Positions 1 through 9,118 of a stretch of DNA of 64,000 nt are shown here, one piece after another (the stretch's first letter is position 1; each line of letters begins with the position of its first letter). A program made the translations under genes and the position numbers. The notes under the pieces are model-generated. The model did not search any database, had not been told where the DNA came from, and worked only from the letters and a program-made list of their open reading frames with translations. Where the stretch lies: positions 1 through 64,000 of IMG/VR virus record IMGVR_UViG_3300020576_002947; one strand, 5' to 3'. The DNA comes from a virus (taxonomy: Duplodnaviria; Caudoviricetes).

Positions 1-19
1 AACAGCGTCTTCAACTAAA

Positions 20-40
20 CCCCCCCCCCCCCCCCCCCCC
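20..40 (+). repeat. poly-C tract (21 C) running into the tRNA-Arg acceptor stem
   Basis: Direct reading; the length may be an assembly artefact. Confidence 0.8.
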
Positions 41-112
41 TCATAGCTCAGCGGATAGAGCAAAAATTTTCTAAATTTTAGGCCGTAGGTTCGAGTCCTA
101 CTGAGGGGGCCA
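37..112 (+). tRNA. tRNA-Arg(TCT)
   Basis: Acceptor cccctca/tgagggg, anticodon arm aaaat-tttctaa-atttt, T-loop ttcgagt, encoded CCA. Confidence 0.9.
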
Positions 113-140
113 AAATATCTTATAGTTAATCATCATACAC

Positions 141-162
141 TGCTCAGTAGCTCAGCGGTAGA
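141..162 (+). pseudogene. 5' fragment of interrupted tRNA-Asn
   Basis: tgctcag-ta-gctcagcggtaga; tgctcag is the exact complement of ctgagca at 857-863. Confidence 0.75.
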
Positions 163-205
163 AAGTGTATCCTTAAAACGTAATTCACCTTATTACAGTT
201 TTTGA

Positions 206-282
206 GGGTGTTTGGCATGTCTGGGTATTGCAGGAAACTGTTAATTTCCATTAGCTGAGTTCGATTCTCAGAACACCCTCCA
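206..282 (+). tRNA. tRNA-Asn(GTT), divergent
   Basis: Acceptor gggtgtt/aacaccc, anticodon arm ggaaa-ctgttaa-tttcc, T arm ctgag-ttcgatt-ctcag, U73, CCA. Confidence 0.85.
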
Positions 283-300
283 GTTTTTTATATAGTAATA

Positions 301-792
301 CTATGTTTTAGGCAGTTCTATTAAACCAAAATGTAGCTCTCGGTGACAGTTAGCACATAATAATACACATTTATCTAATTCAATTTTTATAGTCTCCCAT
401 TTTTTAGTAGTATTTGATATTTGAAACTCCTTCGTACTTGGATCTTTATGGTGAAATTCTAAAGCAGCTACACATTTATTGTAACCACATACAATACACT
501 TATTTCCTAAATATTCTAAGCTTTTTATTTTAATTCTAGACCTAAAAGATCTCATAATTTGAGACTTGCTTTTATTATGGTTTTGTTTACTAGTATGATA
601 ATTTTTCATCCCAATACTTTGACAAAGTTTAGAACAGTATATGTTTTTTGAGTGTATTAATTCATCACAAATTTTACATTTTTTTGTTTTAGCTCTTTTA
701 GGATACTTTTTGCCTGTATAACTTGCAGAGCAAGATTTAGAACAAAATTTAGGATTCTTTGTTTCTTTATAACAGTAATGGCATGTGTTCAT
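301..792 (-). CDS. HNH homing endonuclease with N-terminal Cys-rich repeats
   Basis: CIVCG...LEFHH...CVLLCANCHRELH HNH/zinc motif; KFCSKSC/YCSKLC repeats. Confidence 0.9.
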   Translation of the reverse strand: MNTCHYCYKETKNPKFCSKSCSASYTGKKYPKRAKTKKCKICDELIHSKNIYCSKLCQSIGMKNYHTSKQNHNKSKSQIMRSFRSRIKIKSLEYLGNKCIVCGYNKCVAALEFHHKDPSTKEFQISNTTKKWETIKIELDKCVLLCANCHRELHFGLIELPKT

Positions 793-824
793 TAGTACTT
801 TGTTATAGAGTCTAACAAATATTA

Positions 825-867
825 GTTAAGCAGCGGGTCGTAGGTTCGAATCCTGCCTGAGCAGCCA
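825..867 (+). pseudogene. 3' fragment of interrupted tRNA-Asn(GTT)
   Basis: gttaa-gcagc-gggtc-gtagg-ttcgaat-cctgc-ctgagca-g-cca; U1:A72 and G73 as in canonical tRNA-Asn. Confidence 0.8.
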
Positions 868-883
868 AGTTTTAGGTACTCTT

Positions 884-1087
884 ATGGAAAACATACTTGA
901 AGAAAGTCCTATCGGTACACTATTTTTACGGAGTAATTGTATATTAAAACTTACAGCTAGACGCTTTGGTATGGTTACCTTTGTATTAGTTAAAGGTAAG
1001 CCATTTTGGTTTAATGAAAATACCACTTTTACAACCTTCACTCAATTTCATGAGTTTTATCGTTTTGCAGAACTAGTCTGTATCTGA
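884..1087 (+). CDS. hypothetical protein, C-terminal VCI tag
   Basis: ORF ending ELVCI. Confidence 0.75.
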   Translation: MENILEESPIGTLFLRSNCILKLTARRFGMVTFVLVKGKPFWFNENTTFTTFTQFHEFYRFAELVCI

Positions 1088-1088
1088 A

Positions 1089-1403
1089 ATGACTGCTACA
1101 TACGAAGAAATATCAAAAATTTTGAATCTACCTTCTATTGTAACAAGTGCTGATAATCTAAAACATAGCCTAAAAAGAGAAACATTAGAAGATCTAGGCT
1201 ATACAAAAGTAGATTCATCAAACTTAGAATGTTGTAAAGGACGGTATGTTCTGTACACTTATAGTTGGACAGAGCTAGTATTTGTAGAAGAAATTTGTGG
1301 GGATAACTTAAGGGTACATACTATAAAAAGAGATAAAGATACCTACTACACCACTCGTGCAAGTCATATCTTTCTTATAACCCAAGACAGAGTTTGTATC
1401 TAA
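1089..1403 (+). CDS. hypothetical protein (paralog of 1425-1742), VCI tag
   Basis: Shared YEEI..L.LP.I..AD and SWTELV; ends DRVCI. Confidence 0.85.
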   Translation: MTATYEEISKILNLPSIVTSADNLKHSLKRETLEDLGYTKVDSSNLECCKGRYVLYTYSWTELVFVEEICGDNLRVHTIKRDKDTYYTTRASHIFLITQDRVCI

Positions 1404-1424
1404 TAATGTTCTTACAGGCATAGA

Positions 1425-1742
1425 ATGGACCTTAGTTACGAAGAGATTGTAGAATCACTAAAACTTCCTGATATTATTATAGATGCAGATAAAAATATGA
1501 GGCGTATATCCAGAAAAGATCTAATAAATCTTGGATGTGTGCCGATATCGGAAGACCAATTAGATCATTATATAGATCAATATATTATATTCTCTAGTTC
1601 TTGGACTGAACTTGTAAAGCTACAAGGCTATAAGAAAGACAAATCATTCTATTTTTATAGATTAAGAAAAAACATTGCTGATCTATACGCATTCGGATAT
1701 AGTAGCATCTATTCTCTTCCAAAAGACCTAGTATGTATTTAA
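1425..1742 (+). CDS. hypothetical protein (paralog of 1089-1403), VCI tag
   Basis: Paralogy with previous ORF; ends DLVCI. Confidence 0.85.
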   Translation: MDLSYEEIVESLKLPDIIIDADKNMRRISRKDLINLGCVPISEDQLDHYIDQYIIFSSSWTELVKLQGYKKDKSFYFYRLRKNIADLYAFGYSSIYSLPKDLVCI

Positions 1743-1752
1743 CCAAGAAAAC

Positions 1753-1974
1753 ATGACACCTGAACAATGGGACCAACTAAAACCTGGAGATATAGTACGA
1801 AGAACAGATCCTAGAAACCCATCTTCGTACAGAGTTATGGAGGTTAGAGCTTTAAAGAAAACTATAGATTTGTCCCCTGACCTAGGTAAGGAGCATCGAC
1901 TATATCTTGGATGGCAAGGCTCTAAGGATTACTGTCATTTATACGAATTTGAGCACAGAATAGTCTGTATCTAA
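1753..1974 (+). CDS. small MT..LKxGD family protein, VCI tag
   Basis: MTPEQWDQLKPGDIV start; ends RIVCI. Confidence 0.85.
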   Translation: MTPEQWDQLKPGDIVRRTDPRNPSSYRVMEVRALKKTIDLSPDLGKEHRLYLGWQGSKDYCHLYEFEHRIVCI

Positions 1975-1984
1975 AAACAATTTT

Positions 1985-2070
1985 GCCAGGGTATGCCGTT
2001 AAGGAGACGGTTCGGTCTGTAAAACCGACGCTGAAAGGCTCGCCGGGATCGTTACCCGGACTTGGCACCA
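1985..2070 (+). tRNA. tRNA-Tyr(GTA)
   Basis: Anticodon arm tcggt-ctgtaaa-accga, long variable arm, ACCA end. Confidence 0.88.
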
Positions 2071-2080
2071 GAATTCTCAC

Positions 2081-2560
2081 ATGAAAAAACTAGTTATCTT
2101 CCTTGATATAGATGGAGTTCTTAATTGTCGTAAGACCATCTGTAAAAGTAGTTTATGTATTGATAAAGAACTACTATCCAATTACGAGACCTTTATTACT
2201 GAAATTGCAAAGCGCTTTACAGTTTTTGTTGTCCTTTGCAGTAGCTGGAGAAACTCTACAGAACATTTAACTTTCTTAGAAAGCTATGATGTTTGGTGTG
2301 ATGATATGACTTCTAGATTTAGACTATCAGGAACAAGATCCTTAGAAATCTTAGACTATTTGGTTGATCATCCTGATATCGATCCTAAGTATTGTATCAT
2401 TTTGGATGATATGGTAACACAAGAAGCCATCCTAAATTGGGACGAAGACTTAAAGAAAAAGGGTGTACAAAGTATTCCCTTAAACTATGATACTGGCTTT
2501 GATACAAATGCTCTGAACTATGCTAAAGAACTTTTAAAGAACTTACCACAGGAAGACTAG
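2081..2560 (+). CDS. HAD-family phosphatase (Swiss-Army-Knife RNA-repair HAD type)
   Basis: FLDIDGVLN, SSWR, R..EI..YL and ILDD motifs. Confidence 0.85.
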   Translation: MKKLVIFLDIDGVLNCRKTICKSSLCIDKELLSNYETFITEIAKRFTVFVVLCSSWRNSTEHLTFLESYDVWCDDMTSRFRLSGTRSLEILDYLVDHPDIDPKYCIILDDMVTQEAILNWDEDLKKKGVQSIPLNYDTGFDTNALNYAKELLKNLPQED

Positions 2561-2567
2561 TAGTAAC

Positions 2568-2927
2568 GTGAGCATAGAAGAAAATTCTCTTTTATTAGAT
2601 GCTATTGTTAAAGATCTGTATGAATGTAGTTTTCCTATACAACCTAAAGATGGATTTACAGATGAATGGTCTAAGGGTTGGATAGCATTCTTAACAAAAA
2701 GAGGTTTTGTCCTGCTAAAGCAAGGAGCGAAGGCTGATACAGGAGACACTTGTGTTATACTTCGATCTTATCCATTTGTAGGAGTTCAGGTAGGAACTAT
2801 AAGTGGAAACAGAGACAATATATACACAATCTATCATCAAGGTATGAGAATGAAAATTCATTGGTGGCTAAATGATACTTCTATAATACTTATTTATAAA
2901 GGAATTCAAGAAGTAGTATGCGTATAA
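2568..2927 (+). CDS. hypothetical protein, paralog family 2, VCV tag
   Basis: W..FL...GFV...C..L.S.PF.G.Q.G shared with the next two ORFs; ends EVVCV. Confidence 0.8.
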   Translation: MSIEENSLLLDAIVKDLYECSFPIQPKDGFTDEWSKGWIAFLTKRGFVLLKQGAKADTGDTCVILRSYPFVGVQVGTISGNRDNIYTIYHQGMRMKIHWWLNDTSIILIYKGIQEVVCV

Positions 2928-3316
2928 CCCAACCTCCTCATAATATAGTAAGAAATACACATGACTATCTAAAACAACTTGTTTACTACAGTAACCAAAC
3001 AAATCTGTCTCTTCATCCAGATGATTGTGGTGAGGATTGGATAAAAAGCTGGGAATCTTATATATATTCCCTAGGTTTTGTTAAAATTTTAGATGACAAA
3101 GAAGCAAACCATAATGACATATGTATTACTCTAGTCACAAGACCATTTGTGGGTATTCAGATTGGAGTAGTAAGCTGTATTGAGAAAGAAATAGGTGTAC
3201 TAGTATACTTACTTGAGGGTGAGATTTTGAGTAAGAGCAGAGCTTTTATATGGTACTCTAATGCAAACATAGATCTTGTCTATATCCTAAAAGATGCAAA
3301 CAGAGTGTGTATATGA
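2918..3316 (+). CDS. hypothetical protein, paralog family 2, VCI tag
   Basis: Paralogy; ends NRVCI. Confidence 0.8.
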   Translation: MRITQPPHNIVRNTHDYLKQLVYYSNQTNLSLHPDDCGEDWIKSWESYIYSLGFVKILDDKEANHNDICITLVTRPFVGIQIGVVSCIEKEIGVLVYLLEGEILSKSRAFIWYSNANIDLVYILKDANRVCI

Positions 3317-3693
3317 ATGAATTAGGTTCCTATATTGAAAATTATAACTATAACAGTTTAATTAAATGTGTCACCTCTTTCCAAGAAAACCACCCAGTCC
3401 CAAGTAACTTAGATATTCCAAACAATACATGGGATGTCTTTCTTAGAAGTATTGGATTTATTAAAGTTATAGATGAATCTGATACTCTTAATTTACCGTG
3501 TATCATATTACGAAGCCGTCCTAATGATCATGGTGTATTGATTGGTAAGGTTACAGAACAAATCTTTCCTACTCTTATTAGGACCAGTATTTGTCATAGA
3601 AGTGATGGTTATGTACATGAAATGGTATGGAATGTATCATTCGTGCATGATGTATACCATGTTCTAGACACTCAAGCTTTGCCTTGTATCTAG
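3313..3693 (+). CDS. hypothetical protein, paralog family 2, variant tag PCI
   Basis: ATGA overlap start; paralogy; ends LPCI. Confidence 0.8.
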   Translation: MNELGSYIENYNYNSLIKCVTSFQENHPVPSNLDIPNNTWDVFLRSIGFIKVIDESDTLNLPCIILRSRPNDHGVLIGKVTEQIFPTLIRTSICHRSDGYVHEMVWNVSFVHDVYHVLDTQALPCI

Positions 3694-3739
3694 AGAGCAA
3701 AAAAGATTTTTTAATTAGAAAAAAGGGAAAACCAAAAAA

Positions 3740-4803
3740 CCTCAAGCAATTGAGGGCTCGCGCTCTAGTGGTGGGAGAGCAGGTCTACCCAAATTAAAAA
3801 GATTGTGATAAGAAGGCACACCTGGAAAGGTTCCTATCACAGTCAAAAGCTTTTCGGAACACAGGGTAACCTGGTAATGTTAAGCAGATCCGCAAGGACT
3901 TGGTTTGAAAATTACCAAATAGAGATGTGAATGCCTAAACACACTCTACAACAATTTCTGTAAGTTTTGAGCAGGTCTCAAAATAACCAAAGGTAGCCGG
4001 ATGAACTTCTCGGCTGTAATAAGCTCAAGGGGCTTCCTACTTACAAAATTTGTTCCTTTCGGGGGACAAACGGGGGCATGACCTCGAAGATTAGCTGTGG
4101 TAACACAGTGAAAGGGTACCAATCCTCGTTGGTATCGTCCATAGCAATATGGAACACTCATGCAATGGCAAGACTCACAGACAAAATCTGTGCTTTCATA
4201 CTAATGGAAGAAAGCTGCTAGAGAAAGTTTTCAGAAAACCTGTTCCCAGGACTGATGAGAATAATCCCGAACAGTAGGTCTTAAGTCAGAGTTAACAGTG
4301 CAAGTGTCGAAAGCAAGTGCTGGTAACTAGTTGGATATGCCAAATCTATAAGGATAAACCCCCTTGTAGGTGCAACAGATTTAACGGCTGGGCCCGAAGC
4401 CTGGTAGGTCTTAGTGGTGGATTTTGGTTTTCAAAAGAAACTGAAACATCTGGCACCGCGCTAAGATGAGGATATGGTACACATGACAATGTTCAGTTCG
4501 ACTCTGAAAAAAGCATAAGTACGGTGCCTGGCATGAAGAAAACCTTCCTTAGTCCTTGTAACATCAGGACAGCTAAAGCTCGCAAAGCAATAGCCAAGTA
4601 AAGGGATTCACGATCTGGATTTGCTCTCTAGGTCAGGATGAAGATTACTTAACACTTCATGTCAAAAAACTGGAATGCCAACCAATGAAAAATAGGTGGG
4701 AGGTACCCTGTACTACTCTGAAAGGAGTAGTGGATACGATAGATAAGCTGTAAGAAAGCGTACGTCTGTCTAAAGCAGGGCATCAAGGAAAATCTAAGCC
4801 TTG
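3740..4803 (+). ncRNA. large highly structured ncRNA, GOLLD-like
   Basis: >1 kb with no credible ORF, GC-richer than flanks, many GNRA/UUCG hairpins (3740-3755, 4049-4070, 4711-4732), in a tRNA region; 3' part resembles the GOLLD 3' domain as I recall it; boundaries approximate. Confidence 0.65.
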
Positions 4804-4865
4804 TGTTTTTCTTCTCTTTATTTATTTAGTTAGGCTATATTTTTTTTGATTTGCGAAGCAACCTG

Positions 4866-6083
4866 ATGTTACTGAAAGAAACCTCCTCACTAGCACACCC
4901 TTTTAATGTTTGGATCAAAAGATATCTTCTGAATACAGGATACTTTTCCAAAACAGAATCTTATGTTGTAGGCGGCTTTGTTAGAGATCGACTTACTGGT
5001 ACGAAATCTACTAGTAAGGATATTGATATTGTTACTATAGGAAAGCTAGATATCAATCTTATCAAAGAATGCTTCGGGACAGAAAATGTTGCTGTTTTCG
5101 AGAAGTTCGGCACAGCTCAGATTAACATACAAACCGAAGAAGGGTTGATGTATGTAGAGTTTACAACTGCTAGAAAGGAAGTATATACCAAAAACAGTAG
5201 AAAGCCTCTGTGTGAGCCTGCAGGGCTCGAAGAGGACCTACTGAGACGTGACTTTAATATCAATGCTATTGCTTGGGATCTTGTAAATGACAAGCTTCTT
5301 TCTATAGGACCATTGCCTACATTTGATCATATTGATACTTGTGATGATCCTAAGGTTACTTTTTCTGAAGATCCTTTGAGACTTCTTAGGCTAATTAGAT
5401 TCATTCTTAAAACTGGATTACCGCTTAGTAGCAGAATTCAAGAATATCTTAAAACACCTGAATGCAATGCTTTAACAGCAAATCTTACCCCAACCAGAAT
5501 CTTCTGGGAATTACATTCTTGGTGCGAAGCAATTGTTCCTTATAGCTTAGAGAAAAGAGCTTCTTTAGAACTAAGATTAGCTGCATTGAATATTACAGAG
5601 TGGGCTTGTTTCAGAGGAATTGTAAAAAGATTCTTATTAACTGAGTTTAACTATGAAGTAACAGACGATGATGTAACAGTCTATAGTATTCTAGATTATC
5701 TTGATATCAACAATCTTACTAAGCTAGGCTTTAGTAAAACTACTTTAAATCGTTATAGCTTAGTCCTGTCTTTTGAGAAGACTACTGTTCCTTTGGAAAA
5801 AGCAGAAGCCTTAATTAGACTTTCTGATAATAATCTAAATATTACTTTTCTCAATATACTTGGTTATGTACCAGCACAAGTAAGATCTTATGCGGTAAAC
5901 AAACAAACCTCAAACATCGAAGTAGTAAGTATTTACATAGATTGTATATCAGAAATTTTTGGTAAGGAGATTAATTATCATAAAAGTATGATCAAAAAGT
6001 GTATGGTAATACTAGCAATGGGTTATCCAATCAAAGAAGTAAAAGACCTTTTAAAATCTATAGTGGTTAAAGATTTAGTATAA
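4866..6083 (+). CDS. cca: CCA-adding tRNA nucleotidyltransferase (class II)
   Basis: VVGGFVRD, KDIDI, RRDFNINA and EDPLRLLR motifs. Confidence 0.9.
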   Translation: MLLKETSSLAHPFNVWIKRYLLNTGYFSKTESYVVGGFVRDRLTGTKSTSKDIDIVTIGKLDINLIKECFGTENVAVFEKFGTAQINIQTEEGLMYVEFTTARKEVYTKNSRKPLCEPAGLEEDLLRRDFNINAIAWDLVNDKLLSIGPLPTFDHIDTCDDPKVTFSEDPLRLLRLIRFILKTGLPLSSRIQEYLKTPECNALTANLTPTRIFWELHSWCEAIVPYSLEKRASLELRLAALNITEWACFRGIVKRFLLTEFNYEVTDDDVTVYSILDYLDINNLTKLGFSKTTLNRYSLVLSFEKTTVPLEKAEALIRLSDNNLNITFLNILGYVPAQVRSYAVNKQTSNIEVVSIYIDCISEIFGKEINYHKSMIKKCMVILAMGYPIKEVKDLLKSIVVKDLV

Positions 6084-6140
6084 ATTTCTAAAGTAACCCT
6101 CTAACAGTAGTACGCTGGTGTAACTCAGTAAAAATAATGA

Positions 6141-6223
6141 GCCGGGATTGCTTAGCGGTCGATAGCGCCAACTTTGTAAGTTGGAATTCCACACCAGGGG
6201 TTCGAATCCCCTTCCCGGCTCCA
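6141..6223 (+). tRNA. tRNA-Thr(TGT)
   Basis: Acceptor gccggga/tcccggc, anticodon arm ccaac-tttgtaa-gttgg, CCA; enlarged variable region. Confidence 0.85.
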
Positions 6224-6282
6224 AAATTTAATAGGACTTACCTTTCCTGAATAACCAACTTACAAGAGTCGTAATAAAGGTA

Positions 6283-7218
6283 ATGGATATGACAAAAAAG
6301 TATAATTCGAGTGAGAGTTTATTAATTCAGACTTATATTGATAAAGGTCCTAACGAAGTTCAAAGTCTATATACCCACTGGTATACCGATTATAAGAATA
6401 AGGAGATATACAACCTTTTCAATAGTACCTCATTGCATGTACCGCTACCACCTACGAAGGATTTAAGAACAAACCTACTGTTATTCCTTAGCATGTCCAA
6501 TACTCAGTCTATTGGTAATACTACTGGGAAAGTTTCAACTATAGGGGGAGGTATAGGAGGCATTATTAACACAGACGGACTGCAGGCAGTAGTCCCAAAT
6601 ATATCTATAAGTTCAAGCAATGTTAACTTAACTAATACAGCAAATACTCAATCGGAGCTTGCTATCTTATGGAATAGTTTTCTAAGTTTTGTGGTTCTCG
6701 TAGGAAACTTTTTACACGAATCACCAAGTTTATCCTTATTTGAAGAAGAAAAGTATTACCCAAATATGACTTGGGCAGGAATAACTTCTTTTCTGTTTCT
6801 GCTAATTTTTATTTTCTCAGCTCTACCCTTTGGACTTGAGAAAGACATCCAACTAGGCGTGGCTCACAGTATTTTTTTACAAATGGTTGTACTCTGTTCG
6901 TCACTTCTCTGCTTTTTCTTCTTCTTTATAGCTGCAGCTCCCAAGAGTAAAGAAGACATCCCAATAGTCAAGAATGAACTAATACCTCTATTGAATAAGA
7001 TAGAACAGACTATTCTATTATCAAAGAAACAAGAATTAATTAAAAAGGTAGATCGAATAAGACAAGAAACTTTAGAAGATTTAAAGAATACTAGTTTTGA
7101 TAAAAGTACTGGAGTAATCTATCTGGAAGACAAATACGGTTTCCATATAAGCTATTTGTCATCTAATTTGGAAGAAATTGCTACTTTCCTCTATAGAGAA
7201 AAATGGGATAAGAAATAA
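6283..7218 (+). CDS. hypothetical membrane protein
   Basis: 311-aa ORF with 2-3 hydrophobic segments. Confidence 0.75.
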   Translation: MDMTKKYNSSESLLIQTYIDKGPNEVQSLYTHWYTDYKNKEIYNLFNSTSLHVPLPPTKDLRTNLLLFLSMSNTQSIGNTTGKVSTIGGGIGGIINTDGLQAVVPNISISSSNVNLTNTANTQSELAILWNSFLSFVVLVGNFLHESPSLSLFEEEKYYPNMTWAGITSFLFLLIFIFSALPFGLEKDIQLGVAHSIFLQMVVLCSSLLCFFFFFIAAAPKSKEDIPIVKNELIPLLNKIEQTILLSKKQELIKKVDRIRQETLEDLKNTSFDKSTGVIYLEDKYGFHISYLSSNLEEIATFLYREKWDKK

Positions 7219-7250
7219 CGTCAGGAGTTCAAATCCCCTAGGCGGCCCCA
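7219..7250 (+). pseudogene. 3' tRNA remnant (T arm plus acceptor strand)
   Basis: aggag-ttcaaat-cccct followed by aggcggc-c-cca; no 5' half. Confidence 0.5.
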
Positions 7251-7285
7251 AGATTTAATATGACCTACCCTTTTGAACTAACACA

Positions 7286-7498
7286 ATGGACCACAAAATA
7301 GGTAAGGCCCAAGCAAGAAGGGAAGCTTGGCTTGAGAAAAAAAGAAGATTTGATAATTATGAAGAGTTTTACCTTTACGGAACTCGTACTAAAAAGTGCG
7401 AAATCTGCAAACGTGCCACGTACTCGTATTGTGAGGATTGCGGTACTTGGCGATGCGTAAATGGTAATTGCTCAATAGGAAAATGGTGCGAGTGTTAG
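7286..7498 (+). CDS. small Cys-rich (Zn-finger-like) protein
   Basis: CEIC, CEDC and further Cys residues. Confidence 0.7.
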   Translation: MDHKIGKAQARREAWLEKKRRFDNYEEFYLYGTRTKKCEICKRATYSYCEDCGTWRCVNGNCSIGKWCEC

Positions 7499-7501
7499 AT
7501 T

Positions 7502-7562
7502 TGGGTAGTAGCTTAATTGGTAAAGTGGACAACCTATGCACGTTCGAGTCGTGTCTGCCCTA
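7502..7562 (+). pseudogene. tRNA-like element lacking the anticodon arm
   Basis: gggtag/ctgccc acceptor, D arm gcttaattggtaaag, T arm gcacg-ttcgagt-cgtgt, only ~11 nt between D and T arms. Confidence 0.6.
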
Positions 7563-7587
7563 GTCTCACAAACACCTAGTAAAATGT

Positions 7588-7663
7588 TGGGCGGTAGCTC
7601 AGTTGGTAGAGCGTTGGTTTGAAAAACCAAAGGTCGTGGGTTCAAGTCCTGCTGCCCCTGCCA
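7588..7663 (+). tRNA. tRNA-Phe(GAA), imperfect acceptor stem
   Basis: Anticodon arm ttggt-ttgaaaa-accaa, canonical D and T loops. Confidence 0.75.
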
Positions 7664-7697
7664 CTTTATTAAAGAATCTTACCGAAAAAGAAACCAA

Positions 7698-8012
7698 ATG
7701 ATTAACTTCGAACCAGGTCAAATACCTACTGGCTATAGACAAACAACTTTTGGAAATCTTAGGTGTGGAGATATTTTTTATAATGCTCCTAGCTTTGGTA
7801 GAAATTTTGAAACTGATAGAACTTACATAAAAGTTACGTTAGGTTCTTATAGGTTATCCCCAAACTGGGAACAGTATCTTTGTGTTATTCTTGAAACAGG
7901 TCAAGTATTTCATGGTATTAGAAATGATTCTGTATTCATTGTTCGAAATGAGGTAGAAAGATTTATCGATTTTAAGAAAGAAGGGTCCAATGAAACTCAA
8001 AGATCATGTTGA
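7698..8012 (+). CDS. hypothetical protein
   Basis: ORF; TFGNLRCGDIF motif. Confidence 0.7.
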   Translation: MINFEPGQIPTGYRQTTFGNLRCGDIFYNAPSFGRNFETDRTYIKVTLGSYRLSPNWEQYLCVILETGQVFHGIRNDSVFIVRNEVERFIDFKKEGSNETQRSC

Positions 8013-9000
8013 AGCGTCAATTACTGAATATCCTTCTTTATATGCTAGATCAACATACCAGGAAAGTAAGCTAGCAGTTTATGATCATTTATTTCTTTGC
8101 ATAGGTACTGGCTATGAATGGGCTAATACCAAAGATCCTAAACAGGGAGGGTATCTTACTTATCCTGTTAAAAAAGGATACAATATTCCTTATGGCAGAG
8201 AAACTTTTTCTAATAAGGATCTTCATAGATTCTTTGATAAATCTGAGATTTATGTAAGTGTCAGAGAGAATAAAGAATCTTTTACTGAAGCTAAGATTAT
8301 TTGGGAAGGGTTTATTAAAGACCTGCCTGACAAGCATCTTGAAGGTCTTTGTTATAATCCCTATGGTCACTCATTCTGGTACTCAGAAATTGAAAACTGG
8401 GTTCAACTCCACAGAGAGGAAGACTTACAGGAAGTACAAAAGGATATTGTTGCTTATGATTCCAGATTTGCATCTATTGAAATGTTAGATAATAGACTAA
8501 CAGCACCTTACTCTTTGTATATAGATGTTAGTTGGAACAAAGAACGTTATCCAGTTACACCTTACGATATCTGCCCTCGATTTGCTCGAGCATGGAGTGC
8601 TGATTTATCAGTTATACAGCCTGATTGGAAAGAAGGGGCTCTTGAAACTCTTGAATGGGCACTAGACTTTTATCTAAAGTCTGAATGGGGTAATCAGTAC
8701 GGTGAAAGACTTTGGAATAGTAGTTATTTAAAAGGAAAGGACGTTGTAGATCAGATCTTAGCTAAATATGATTCATGGGATAAGATTCAGAAAGATTGGG
8801 GCCTTCCTGATGAGCTTATGCCTGATTACTTTAAATCAATTGAGATTAGAGATAACACAATGTTTTTAAATAACAAACCTTTAACAGATAAGCAGAAGGA
8901 AAACCTTGTGTATAAACACTGGTTTCCTGCTCTATTTGCCAATAAAAAAGCAATAGCTATAAAAGAATTGTCAAACTTAATAGTTCGTTATAAAGAATAG
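7990..9000 (+). CDS. hypothetical protein
   Basis: 336-aa ORF. Confidence 0.8.
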   Translation: MKLKDHVEASITEYPSLYARSTYQESKLAVYDHLFLCIGTGYEWANTKDPKQGGYLTYPVKKGYNIPYGRETFSNKDLHRFFDKSEIYVSVRENKESFTEAKIIWEGFIKDLPDKHLEGLCYNPYGHSFWYSEIENWVQLHREEDLQEVQKDIVAYDSRFASIEMLDNRLTAPYSLYIDVSWNKERYPVTPYDICPRFARAWSADLSVIQPDWKEGALETLEWALDFYLKSEWGNQYGERLWNSSYLKGKDVVDQILAKYDSWDKIQKDWGLPDELMPDYFKSIEIRDNTMFLNNKPLTDKQKENLVYKHWFPALFANKKAIAIKELSNLIVRYKE

Positions 9001-9017
9001 AACTACATTAGATATAT

Positions 9018-9108
9018 GGAGAGTAACCCTGGCTGGGCTAGGGGCTGTCTTGAAAACAGATCGCTCTGTGAAGAACAGGGTGGGGTTCGATTCCTCTACT
9101 CTCCTCCA
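9018..9108 (+). tRNA. tRNA-Ser(TGA)
   Basis: Acceptor ggagagt/actctcc, anticodon loop cttgaaa, long variable arm, CCA. Confidence 0.85.
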
Positions 9109-9118
9109 GAATTGTAAT

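Noticed and set aside
20-40. Poly-C tract as a phase-variation switch
   Set aside because: It is non-coding, at the window edge, and cannot be distinguished from a homopolymer sequencing error without reads.
141-867. Self-splicing intron within tRNA-Asn
   Set aside because: About 10 nt of the tRNA are missing at the junction and the insert is fully occupied by a tRNA and an antisense HNH gene, leaving no ribozyme core.
826-1041. Minus-strand ORFs overlapping tRNAs or + strand genes (also 8977-9261, 23588-23953, 36447-36926 and others)
   Set aside because: Shadow ORFs antisense to better-supported features.
3740-4803. Group I/II intron, RNase P RNA, tmRNA or rRNA; also the minus-strand ORF 3946-4161
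   Set aside because: No interrupted host gene and none of the diagnostic motifs recognised; the short ORF is likely incidental to structured RNA.
9050-9118. ORF-track N-terminal extensions through tRNAs (also 23574-23678)
   Set aside because: They translate tRNA sequence; downstream ATGs at 9119 and 23679 are more plausible starts.
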